A DNA stretch of 19,222 bases, from assembly GCA_041496385.1 (NCBI GenBank), contig JBGQEL010000084.1, forward strand, positions 1 through 19,222, in the 5' to 3' direction. Both the position numbers and the translations under genes were made by a program. The notes beneath the pieces are model-generated. The model did no database searches. It was given only the letters and a program-made list of their open reading frames with translations, and was not told the origin of the DNA. Below are positions 9,075 through 16,857 of the stretch, piece after piece (positions within the stretch are counted from its first letter, which is position 1; every line of letters begins with the position of its first letter). This DNA is from Candidatus Methylomirabilia bacterium. Its GTDB lineage: Bacteria > Methylomirabilota > Methylomirabilia > Rokubacteriales > CSP1-6.

Positions 9075-9784
9075 TGATCGGCATCGAGTTCACGACGTTC
9101 TCGTTGATCGGCCGGTGCGAGCGTACCGGCATGTTCGGCATCGCCATCGCGACCAGCGAGATGGCCGTCGGCTCGCGCTGCATCCACGTCGCGCCGGGGG
9201 TGGGCGCCGTCGTCACCCAGGCCAGCACCAATCCGCGCCTCGGTCATCTCGGATTGAATCTCCTGCGCGCCGGGTACTCGGCGCCGCGCGTGCTGGAGGA
9301 GATCGCCGCGAGCGACCACTTCGTCGAGCGCCGGCAGCTCGGGTGTCTGGACGTGACCGGTCTCGCCGCGGCGCGCACGGGGTCCGCGAACAAGCCGTGG
9401 GCGGGCCATCGCGTCGACCGGAACGTGGTCGTCGCGGCCAACATGGTCGCCGGCGCCGGGGTCGCCGACGCGATGTTCGGTGCATTCCAGCAGGGCGCCG
9501 ACCTTCCATTGTGGGAGCGGTTGCTGCGATCGCTCGAGGCGGGGAAGGCGGCCGGAGGCCAGCCGAACGGCGAGGTCTCCAGCGGGCTCTTCGTCGTGGA
9601 CCGCGAGCCGTACGCCACGGTCGATCTGCGGGTCGATCTGCATCCCGAGCCCGTCGCCGAGCTCCGCCGGCTGGCCGACGCGTACTTTCCGCTGGTGGCG
9701 TACTACAACCTGCGCCCGCGCGATCCGAACGTGCCGCCGGCCGCCGAGTGGCTCGCCGCGCAGCGGCGGCGGGGCGGGGGTTAG
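9071..9784 (+). CDS. DUF1028 family (Ntn-hydrolase-like) protein (237 aa)
   Basis: ATGA overlap with the P450 stop. TFSLIGRCERTGMFGIAIATSEMAVGSRC...GVGAVVTQA, RRQLG, ANMVAG, LEAGKAAGGQ and VDLRVDLHPEPVAELRRL match the family pattern. Confidence 0.85.
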   Translation: MMIGIEFTTFSLIGRCERTGMFGIAIATSEMAVGSRCIHVAPGVGAVVTQASTNPRLGHLGLNLLRAGYSAPRVLEEIAASDHFVERRQLGCLDVTGLAAARTGSANKPWAGHRVDRNVVVAANMVAGAGVADAMFGAFQQGADLPLWERLLRSLEAGKAAGGQPNGEVSSGLFVVDREPYATVDLRVDLHPEPVAELRRLADAYFPLVAYYNLRPRDPNVPPAAEWLAAQRRRGGG

Positions 9785-10350
9785 GCGAAGATCTCAGCGA
9801 GCGCTAGCGTGACGTCGGGGAACGCCTGCAGAGCGACCGTCGCCTCGGGACCCGCGACCCGCGTGACCTCGCGATAGCTCTCGGCGTGGGGCGCGCGGTG
9901 GACATCGACGCTCTCCGCGACGCAGTCCACGATCCAGTACTCCGGGATACCGGCCGCGGCGTAGAGCCTGAGCTTCGTCGAGCGGTCGTAGGCCAGGGAG
10001 CTCTCCGCTACCTCGACGAGCAGGAGCACGTCGTTTGCGTCGGCCTCGCGATCCTTGTAGGGCACCGTGCGACGACGAAGGATCTGGACGTCGGGCTCGG
10101 GCTCGGTATCGTCGGCGAGCACGATAGGCATCTGGATGGATACGATCGCGCGGCCGGCCAGGCCCGCGTCCAGAAGATGGGTCAGGTTGTCGATGAACGC
10201 GCGATGCCGTCGGCCCTGGGGAGATATCTTGATGATCTCGCCACTGATCAGCTCGACCCGGTCGGTCGGCTTGAGGATGCCCACCTCGCCCATCCGGTGA
10301 TACTCCTCGCGCGTGAAGAGCCGCCGCGCTGCCGCCACCTCGACCGCCAT
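9781..10350 (-). CDS. Uma2 family (PD-(D/E)xK restriction-like) endonuclease (189 aa)
   Basis: GGAGG SD before ATG 10350; RRLFTREEYHRMGEVGIL...RVELISGEI, EPEPDV, LLLVEVAESSLAYDRSTKLRLYAAAGIPEYWIVD. It overlaps the DUF1028 gene convergently by 4 bp. Confidence 0.92.
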   Translation of the reverse strand: MAVEVAAARRLFTREEYHRMGEVGILKPTDRVELISGEIIKISPQGRRHRAFIDNLTHLLDAGLAGRAIVSIQMPIVLADDTEPEPDVQILRRRTVPYKDREADANDVLLLVEVAESSLAYDRSTKLRLYAAAGIPEYWIVDCVAESVDVHRAPHAESYREVTRVAGPEATVALQAFPDVTLALAEIFA

Positions 10351-10449
10351 GTCCAGCCTCCCCTTTGAACCGGCCTCATCGAGCAGCATATAGCCGCTCT
10401 TGGGCCCTGTCGGAAAGTCCCTAGAAGGATACACTGGCGCCGAAGGCCA

Positions 10450-11616
10450 ATGATCGTTCACGGACGCTGCGAGCCCGGATTCAACCGCGTGCGAGATGCG
10501 CTCGCCGAGATCTTCGTCGCCGGCGCCGAGGTGGGCGCCGCGCTCGCCGTCTACGTCGACGGGCGCGCCGTCGTCGACCTGTGGGGCGGCCACGCCGACG
10601 CCGCGCGGACGCGACCGTGGGAGCGCGACACGATCGTCAACCTCTACTCCGTCGGCAAGGCGGTCACCGCCGTCTGCGCGCTCCGCCTCGTCGAGGCCGG
10701 CCTGCTCGATCTCGACGCCCCCGTCGCGCGCTACTGGCCCGAGTTCGCGCAGGCGGGCAAGGCGCAGATCCCCCTGCGCTATCTACTGACGCATCAGGCG
10801 GCGCTCCCGGCCATCGCCCGCGCGCTGCCCTCGGGGACGTGGAGTCGCTGGGACGTCATGACCGAGGCGCTCGCCGCCCAGGCGCCGTGGTGGGAGCCGG
10901 GCGCGGGCCACGGGTATCACGTCAACACACAGGGATTCCTCGTGGGCGAGGTCGTGCGACGCGTGACCGGCAAGACGCTCGGGACTTACCTACGCGAGAG
11001 CCTCTCCGGCCCCGCCGGCGTCGACTTCTTCATCGGCGTCGGCCCGGGGCTCGACGGGCGCTGCGCCGACCTGCTGCCTCCACTGGCGAGCGCCGAGGAC
11101 GACGAGCGCCGGCGTCAGCTCAGCGTGGATCCCGCGACCCTGAGCGGCCTGGCCCTGATGCGCGTCAACGCCTACCGCAACCCGCTGGAGTTGTCCGGGA
11201 CGGGGGTCCTCAACACGCGAGCGTGGCGCGCGGCGGAGGTGCCGTCGACGAACGGCCACGGCAACGCGCGCGGGGTGGCGCGGCTCTTCTCGGCGCTCGC
11301 CGGTGACGGCGAGCTGGACGGCATTCACGTCCTCTCACCCGAGACGATCGCGCGCGCGGCCGAGCAGCAGGTCTATGGAGACGACATCCTGCTGCAACGC
11401 CCCACGCGCTTCGGGCTCGGGTTCCAGCTGACGATGGCCGAGCGCCCGCTCGGGCCCAACCCGCGCGCGTTCGGGCACTTCGGCGCCGGCGGCTCGCTCG
11501 GATTCGCCGATCCCGACGCGCGCCTCGCCTTCGGCTACGCCATGAACCAGGGGCGCGGCGGCTGGCAGCACAAGCACGTCCGCCAGCTCGTCGATCTCGT
11601 CTACGCGGCGCTGTAG
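10450..11616 (+). CDS. Serine hydrolase, beta-lactamase class C-like / family VIII esterase
   Basis: SxxK (YSVGKA), LDLDAPVARYWPEFAQAGK, LLTHQA, WWEPGAGHGYH, FGHFGAGGSLGFADPD. Confidence 0.92.
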   Translation: MIVHGRCEPGFNRVRDALAEIFVAGAEVGAALAVYVDGRAVVDLWGGHADAARTRPWERDTIVNLYSVGKAVTAVCALRLVEAGLLDLDAPVARYWPEFAQAGKAQIPLRYLLTHQAALPAIARALPSGTWSRWDVMTEALAAQAPWWEPGAGHGYHVNTQGFLVGEVVRRVTGKTLGTYLRESLSGPAGVDFFIGVGPGLDGRCADLLPPLASAEDDERRRQLSVDPATLSGLALMRVNAYRNPLELSGTGVLNTRAWRAAEVPSTNGHGNARGVARLFSALAGDGELDGIHVLSPETIARAAEQQVYGDDILLQRPTRFGLGFQLTMAERPLGPNPRAFGHFGAGGSLGFADPDARLAFGYAMNQGRGGWQHKHVRQLVDLVYAAL

Positions 11617-11632
11617 AGGGGGGAACGCCGGC

Positions 11633-13405
11633 CTAGAATTGCTTCACCAGCTTGGTGCGCACCACCGGCAGGCGCGCCTGATTCCAGGCGCTGATACCTC
11701 CGCGGTACCAGTACACGTTCTTGTACCCGAACCCATTCGCGGTCAGCGTCCCATTGTAGGAAAGCCAGCACTCCCATGAAAGGCAGTACACGACTAGGGG
11801 CGCGTTCTTGTCGGGAGCGACTCGAGCAAGGATCGACCTCATCTCGGACAGCTCCGCACCCGACAGGTGCGCCTTCCCCATGCCCTGGATCCAGGTGGTG
11901 CCCGGCAAGGCGAAGGCGCCCTCGGTCCAGTCGAGTACGTTGATCGGCACAGGCGTCGAGTTCTTGTAGAGCTCCACGAGCTCCCGGGTGGTGATGGTCT
12001 TCGCGCCGGGTGCCTGTCGAGGCGTCGCGGCATGCATGTTGCCCGTATGGCGCGCGCTCGTCGGCTTGATACCTTCATCGCGCTCTTCGTTGAAGTAGAA
12101 CTCCGCCTCCAGCGAGGCGCGCTTCAGGAGCTCGATCGCGCCGTCATTGATCGCCTGCGGAGTGTAGCCGGCCTGGTAAACGGACTCGTCGTTCACCGCC
12201 GCGAGGAAGCACGGATGCCGGGGGTTTCGCCTCTGGCAATTGTCGAGCGCGTCGGCGCGCGCTACGTCGATGTTCGCGCGTCCCAGGGCGGCGCCCCAGC
12301 CGCCCGCTTCGGTCAGCGCCAGGGCCTTTTGCGGTTTCGCTGCCCCGAACTCCCGTTCGATGCGCGCCTTCGCGCCGTCGTTCAGGAACGGCAATGCCGC
12401 GATACTGACCCTTGCCTGCGTGTCGCCCTGCGCCATATCGCGAGACGGGCTCGACAGGCTGGGGGCCGGCGCGGGCGGCGTCGCGGTCGCGACCTGTGTG
12501 GGCGGCTTGGCGGCGGCGAGCGATTTCAGCCGCGCGCGCGCCAGCGCGGCGAACGTGCCCTTGGGGAACTGCTCCAGGTAGGCGTTCAGCTCATCCGCGT
12601 TGCCGGAGTCCTTGACCTGATCCCAGAACGCGCGGTCGTCGGCGCCGGGACTGTCGGGGCGGAAGTAGAAGTCGCCCGTCAGCGACGACGAGATCCACGG
12701 CACCTGACGACCGCCGGTGGCGCGCGAGACATCGGCCGTGACGCGTCTGAACACCTTGTCGATGTCGGTATCCGGGTGCTTGAGGCTCTGCAGCAGGTGG
12801 TGGGTGTAGAGGCCGTTGCGCCCGTCTCCGTCCAGGGCGACCGAGCCGGGGCCGGTGGCGAAGGCGATGTAGCTGCCCTGCGCGGCCTCCATCTGCGCCA
12901 GCCCGCGCGAGGCCGAGCGGAAGCTGCGCGCGAACGGATTGTCACGGCAGGCGTCGAGGATGACCAGGTTCACACGGTTGCCGGCGTCGTCCATCGCCGC
13001 GAGCACGCGGTTGGCGTCCACCGTGTCGAACTCGAGCTGCACCTCGCTGTTGATGCGCGCGTTCACGGGGACCAGGAAGTTGCGGCCGCGGCTCTGCACG
13101 CCGTGGCCGGCGAAGTAGAACAGCCCGACGCCGCCTTTCTTCAGCTCCTGCCCGAAGGCGTTGATCGCCTCGATCATCTCCCGGTGCGTGGCGTTCTGGC
13201 GCAGGGTGACCTGAAAGCCCAGCGCGCGGAGCGCCTGCGCCATGTCCTCGGCGTCGTTGACCGGATTCTTGAGCTGGCCGACCTCGTAAGCGGAGTTGCC
13301 GATGACGAGCGCGACGCGCTGCTCGCCTGCCTTGACGACGCGCGTCTGGGCGGACGCGCTGCCCGCGACGAGCAGCGCCGACATCAGAATGAGCGCCAGT
13401 TTCAT
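11633..13405 (-). CDS. Secreted caspase-family (peptidase C14) protein fused to a small Cys-pair domain and a C-terminal rhodanese domain
   Basis: Signal peptide; RVALVIGNSAY, LKNPVNDA, FYFAGHG (His) and ILDACRDNP (Cys), QVPW; helical motif FWDQV...YLEQFPKGTFAALARARL; Pro/Ser linker; ALDNCQRRNPRHPCFL domain; rhodanese LVVYCLSWECWLSYN...GYKNVYWYRGGISAW. Confidence 0.88.
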   Translation of the reverse strand: MKLALILMSALLVAGSASAQTRVVKAGEQRVALVIGNSAYEVGQLKNPVNDAEDMAQALRALGFQVTLRQNATHREMIEAINAFGQELKKGGVGLFYFAGHGVQSRGRNFLVPVNARINSEVQLEFDTVDANRVLAAMDDAGNRVNLVILDACRDNPFARSFRSASRGLAQMEAAQGSYIAFATGPGSVALDGDGRNGLYTHHLLQSLKHPDTDIDKVFRRVTADVSRATGGRQVPWISSSLTGDFYFRPDSPGADDRAFWDQVKDSGNADELNAYLEQFPKGTFAALARARLKSLAAAKPPTQVATATPPAPAPSLSSPSRDMAQGDTQARVSIAALPFLNDGAKARIEREFGAAKPQKALALTEAGGWGAALGRANIDVARADALDNCQRRNPRHPCFLAAVNDESVYQAGYTPQAINDGAIELLKRASLEAEFYFNEERDEGIKPTSARHTGNMHAATPRQAPGAKTITTRELVELYKNSTPVPINVLDWTEGAFALPGTTWIQGMGKAHLSGAELSEMRSILARVAPDKNAPLVVYCLSWECWLSYNGTLTANGFGYKNVYWYRGGISAWNQARLPVVRTKLVKQF

Positions 13406-13414
13406 GCGGCCACG

Positions 13415-13444
13415 ATCCTAGCACCGCTCGCGCCGCGCGGACAA
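13415..13444 (-). promoter_or_regulatory. Putative sigma70 extended -10 promoter for the caspase fusion gene (near-leaderless)
   Basis: Minus strand TTGTCC (13444-13439), N18, TAGGAT (13420-13415) preceded by TGc. The ATG is only 9 nt downstream and there is no SD. Confidence 0.4.
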
Positions 13445-13469
13445 AGGAAGCTAGTGAGCTGGCGCGCGG

Positions 13470-14000
13470 TCACACTGGGCGGGCGGAGACCAGGATGAAC
13501 GCCACGAGGCACGGCACGGCGCCACGGTTGCTCCACGCGTGGTTGGTGCCCCGCTGCACGAGCACGTCGCCGGTCCGGAGGAGCGTCTCTCCCTCGTCCA
13601 TCAGCGCCCAGATCTCACCGCTCAGAACGATCGCGTAATCCACCGTCGCCGTCTTGTGCATGCCGGGATGGCGCGCGGCGTCCTTGTCCATCGCGTGGCC
13701 GGCGCCCATCGACTCGAAGGCAGCCTTGCGATCGAATCCGGCGAGCGTGTTGTCGGGCGGAAACTCCACGACGCGGAAGATCGTGCCGCTGGGAGGCGGC
13801 TCGAGGACGACCGGGCGCGCGGCGGCGTCCCGGCTGCCGGCGTTGTCGGCCGGCGCGCCCTCGGTGACCCAGAGGTTCGTCAGGCCGAAGGTCGGCACAC
13901 CGGGGATGGTGAGCACGTGCGGCGACGGGCCGTCGGTCAGGATGACGGACTTGCCCTGCGTGTTGTGACCGGTGACGACCCGGCGGATCGGCTTGAGCAT
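13470..14000 (-). CDS. Cupin domain protein
   Basis: GGAGG SD; IRRVVTGHNTQGKSV N-terminus; cupin motifs GMHKTATVDYAIVLSGEI and GDVLVQRGTNHAWSNR. Confidence 0.92.
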   Translation of the reverse strand: MLKPIRRVVTGHNTQGKSVILTDGPSPHVLTIPGVPTFGLTNLWVTEGAPADNAGSRDAAARPVVLEPPPSGTIFRVVEFPPDNTLAGFDRKAAFESMGAGHAMDKDAARHPGMHKTATVDYAIVLSGEIWALMDEGETLLRTGDVLVQRGTNHAWSNRGAVPCLVAFILVSARPV

Positions 14001-14017
14001 GGTTGTCCTCCGCGCGC

Positions 14018-14029
14018 CCGATTGACTGC
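14018..14029 (-). repeat. Copy 1 of the shared leader motif GCAGTCAATCGG (cupin 5' region)
   Basis: Plus strand CCGATTGACTGC. It ends 17 nt before the cupin ATG and is preceded by CTGAAAC. Confidence 0.6.
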
Positions 14030-14078
14030 CGTTTCAGCATATACTGGGGCCCACTCGCGCCGGCGAAAGGAGCTCCCC

Positions 14079-14876
14079 TTGAAACTATTGCTCGCCCTGA
14101 TGGCCCTGTTGATGGCGGCACCGCTCGCTGACGCAGCCGATCTCGAAGCCGGCAAGATGAAGGTCGCCACGGTGTGCGCGGCCTGTCACGGCGCGGCCGG
14201 CGTGAGCGTGAGCGACACGATCCCCAACCTCGCGGGCCAGCGGGCGGGCTACCTCGAGGCGCAGCTCAAGGCGCTCAAGGACGGCACGCGCAAGAACCCG
14301 CTCATGAACGCGATCGCTCCGCAGCTCAGCGCCGACGACATCGCCAACGTGGCGGCGTTCTTCGCCGCCCAGCCGGGCGCCGCGGGCGCGGCCAAGTCCG
14401 CGTTCCTGCCCAACCTGGCGAAGAGCGGCGTCACGTTCCCCGAGAACTACAAGGCGACCTTCACGAAATATCACACGATCAACTTCCCGGCGACCCGGCA
14501 GGTGCGCTACTACTACGCCAACAACGCCGCCCTGCAGGCCGCGAAAGGTGACAAGTCCCTGCCGAACGGCTCGGTGCTCTTCGCCGAAGTCTATTCGGCC
14601 AAGCTCGACGCGGACAAGAAGCCGGTCATGGGCAGCGATGGCTTCTTCGCGCCGGACCAGCTTTTGTTCTACACGGCGATGGCGCGCGAGGCGGGCTGGG
14701 GCAAGGACATCCCCGAGATGCTGCGCAACGAGGACTGGAACTACGCGGCCTTCTCGACCGCCAAGGAGCAGCGACCGGTCAACCAGGCGGAGTGCTTCGC
14801 CTGCCACAAGCCGCTCGACAAGGTGAGCTTCACCTTCACGCTGAAGCAGCTCACGGACGTGGCGAAGACCAAATAG
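14079..14876 (+). CDS. Periplasmic diheme protein: class I cytochrome c (c553/c4-like) fused to a cytochrome P460 / c'-beta fold domain (265 aa)
   Basis: AAGGAG SD before TTG 14079; signal peptide; CAACHG...PNLAGQRAGYLEAQLKALKDGTRKNPLM (His/Met class I heme). The second domain FPENY...YYANNAA...PNGSVLFAE...MAREAGW...WNYAAF...CFACHKP...FTF has the C-terminal CxxCH typical of the P460 family. Confidence 0.85.
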   Translation: MKLLLALMALLMAAPLADAADLEAGKMKVATVCAACHGAAGVSVSDTIPNLAGQRAGYLEAQLKALKDGTRKNPLMNAIAPQLSADDIANVAAFFAAQPGAAGAAKSAFLPNLAKSGVTFPENYKATFTKYHTINFPATRQVRYYYANNAALQAAKGDKSLPNGSVLFAEVYSAKLDADKKPVMGSDGFFAPDQLLFYTAMAREAGWGKDIPEMLRNEDWNYAAFSTAKEQRPVNQAECFACHKPLDKVSFTFTLKQLTDVAKTK

Positions 14877-15039
14877 GGTTCACGCCGGGGTAACTCCTCG
14901 CGGAGCACACGACGCAGCGCGCCTTCGAGGTTCGTATACTCGGTACCGCCCGGCGCCCGGCGAGCCGGATTTTCGGCGAAAGGCGAAGACGCTGACGCAA
15001 AGGAGGAGATGACCGCAACACCCGCTTCTGAAACCGCGA

Positions 15040-15051
15040 GCAGTCAATCGG
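15040..15051 (+). repeat. Copy 2 of the shared leader motif GCAGTCAATCGG (PQQ dehydrogenase 5' region)
   Basis: Exact 12-mer ending 17 nt before ATG 15069, preceded by CTGAAAC (15028-15034). Confidence 0.6.
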
Positions 15052-15068
15052 CAGTCTCGGAGGGGAAC

Positions 15069-16799
15069 ATGACGACTCAACGAAGAGCGATGTACCTGGT
15101 GGGCCTCGCCATGGTCGCCACGCTCGTAGGAGCGTGCTCGATGTCGACGTCCGACACCGGCACCCCGCGGGCAGCTATGGCCGAGCCCGGTGGCGGCAAC
15201 GACTGGACCACGTATCACGGGACATACGAGTCGTGGCACTACAGCCCCCTCACGCAGATCAACGCCGACAACGTGAAGCGCCTGCGGGTGGCCTGGGTGC
15301 ATCATCCCGGCCGCTCGACGCGCGGCCTGCAGTCGATGCCGCTCGTCTCCAACGGCGTGCTCTACTACACCGGCTCCTACAGCCGCGTGTGGGCGATCGA
15401 CGCGGCCACCGGCACTCCGCTGTGGTCCTACTTCCCGAAGCTCAACGACGACCTCGTCGCGGCGCAGACGCACTCGCCGTACACGCGGGGCATCGCGCTC
15501 GGCCACGGCAAGGTGTTCGTGGGCACCGTCGACGGGCGGCTCATCGCCATCGACCAGAAGACCGGTCAGCCGGCGTGGGACACCAAGCTCATCAACTCCG
15601 AGAAGCTCACCGTCGGCTTCACGGGCGCGCCCCTGCTGGTGAAGGACAAGGTCATCATCGGCGCCCAGGGCGGCGAGTGGCCGGGACGCGGCCCGATCTT
15701 CGGCGTCGACGCCGCCAGCGGCCGCAAGGCCTGGGAGTTCATCACGGTGGCCGGCACCGACGAGGCCATGAAGACGTGGGGCGGCGACTCGTGGCGGACG
15801 GGCGGCGGCGGCGGCTGGATGGCCGGCGGCTATGACGCCGAGACCAACACGGTGTGGTGGGGCACGGGCAATCCGGCGCCGCTCTACGACTGGGCCGGCT
15901 CCGACTGGAAGACCGCGGGGCCACGGCCGGGCGACAACCTCTACACCACCTCCGTCATCGCGCTCGATCCCGACACCGGGAAGCTGAAGTTTTATCACCA
16001 AGAGCTGCCGCACGACGCCTGGGACTTCGACAGCGCGGTCGGTGAGTTCGTGATGATCGATCGGGGCGGTCAGAAGCTCGTCGTCCACCCCAACAAGGGT
16101 GGGCACGTCTTCGTCTACAATCGCGCGGATGCCAAGATCGTGAACGTCTGGCCGCTGGTGCAGAACATCAACTTCGTGAAGGGCATCGATCCCAAGACGG
16201 GCGCGCTCATCGGGCGGCGTGACATGGCGCTTGGCAAGCACACCAACCTGTGCCCGGCCATCGCCGGCGGCATGAGCTGGAACTCCGGGGCCTACAGTCC
16301 CAAGACCGGGTTGTACTACAAGATCGGCCAGGAGTGGTGCATGGACCTCGAGGTTGTGAAGACCACGCCGGTCCTGGAGCCGCAGGCGCAGCTCAACATC
16401 GGCGCCAACTTCACGCTGCGCAATCCGGAGGGCGGCAAGGCCTTCGGCCACGTGTCGGGACGCGACCCCGTCACCGGTCAGAAGAAGTGGGAAGTGAAGT
16501 TCACCGAGCCGCCGCTGGCCAGCCTGCTGGCGACCGGCGGCAACCTCGTCTTCGTGCCGGACGCGCGGGGCTGGCTGCACGCGTACAACGCCGAGACGGG
16601 GCAGGAGCTCTGGTCGCACAACAACGGCCTCGGGCACAACGGCGGCATCATCAGCTATTCAGCCAAGGGCAAGCAGTACATTGCCGTGGCCACCGGCTGG
16701 GGATCGCTGGTCGGTGACGAGTTCGGTGCGCTCTTCGGCGAGCCGTTCAAGAGCATGCCGAAGGACGCGGGCGCCCTGGTGGTGTTCACGCTGGAGTAA
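15069..16799 (+). CDS. PQQ-dependent dehydrogenase, methanol/ethanol-dehydrogenase-like beta-propeller, predicted lipoprotein (576 aa)
   Basis: GGAGGGG SD; lipobox LVGAC; WTTYHG...HYSPLTQINADNVKRL; Trp-docking repeats (DAATGTPLWSY, NAETGQELWS); GAQGGEW, WGTGNPAP, RPGDNLYT, HDAWDFDS, GKQYIAVATGWG. An alternative ATG exists at 15009. Confidence 0.93.
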   Translation: MTTQRRAMYLVGLAMVATLVGACSMSTSDTGTPRAAMAEPGGGNDWTTYHGTYESWHYSPLTQINADNVKRLRVAWVHHPGRSTRGLQSMPLVSNGVLYYTGSYSRVWAIDAATGTPLWSYFPKLNDDLVAAQTHSPYTRGIALGHGKVFVGTVDGRLIAIDQKTGQPAWDTKLINSEKLTVGFTGAPLLVKDKVIIGAQGGEWPGRGPIFGVDAASGRKAWEFITVAGTDEAMKTWGGDSWRTGGGGGWMAGGYDAETNTVWWGTGNPAPLYDWAGSDWKTAGPRPGDNLYTTSVIALDPDTGKLKFYHQELPHDAWDFDSAVGEFVMIDRGGQKLVVHPNKGGHVFVYNRADAKIVNVWPLVQNINFVKGIDPKTGALIGRRDMALGKHTNLCPAIAGGMSWNSGAYSPKTGLYYKIGQEWCMDLEVVKTTPVLEPQAQLNIGANFTLRNPEGGKAFGHVSGRDPVTGQKKWEVKFTEPPLASLLATGGNLVFVPDARGWLHAYNAETGQELWSHNNGLGHNGGIISYSAKGKQYIAVATGWGSLVGDEFGALFGEPFKSMPKDAGALVVFTLE

Positions 16800-16805
16800 T
16801 CGCGA

Positions 16806-16843
16806 CGCGGCGGGGGTGGGCGGGCACGTCCGCCCCCGCCGCG
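16806..16843 (+). other. GC-rich intergenic hairpin between the PQQ dehydrogenase and cytochrome c genes
   Basis: CGCGGCGG (16806-16813) pairs with CCGCCGCG (16836-16843), with an inner GGGCGG/CCGCCC stem. There is no poly-U tail. Confidence 0.55.
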
Positions 16844-16857
16844 GTAGCATGTCCGCA

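Noticed and set aside
9781..10350. Uma2 nuclease as part of a defence island or mobile element
   Set aside because: It is solitary, with no methylase, integrase or terminal repeats nearby. Such genes are commonly scattered as standalone paralogues.
10450..11616. Beta-lactam resistance gene
   Set aside because: It has no signal peptide, and its motifs fit cytoplasmic family VIII esterases rather than AmpC.
14920..14945. Possible pqqA precursor peptide (FEV...) near the PQQ cassette
   Set aside because: It reads AFEVRIL, with no ExxxY motif and no suitable start or SD.
14960..15060. c-di-GMP-I-like riboswitch (GAAA-capped stem followed by GACGCAAAG) upstream of the PQQ dehydrogenase
   Set aside because: The 5' GGCAAAC element and the P3 receptor are not recognisable, and the stem has a mismatch. 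An Infernal/Rfam scan would settle it.
15009..15068. Upstream ATG 15009 as the PQQ dehydrogenase start
   Set aside because: Its AGGAGG is only 2 nt from the ATG, and the extension would displace the lipoprotein signal. ATG 15069 has a well-spaced SD and matches the shared leader motif spacing. It is not fully excluded.
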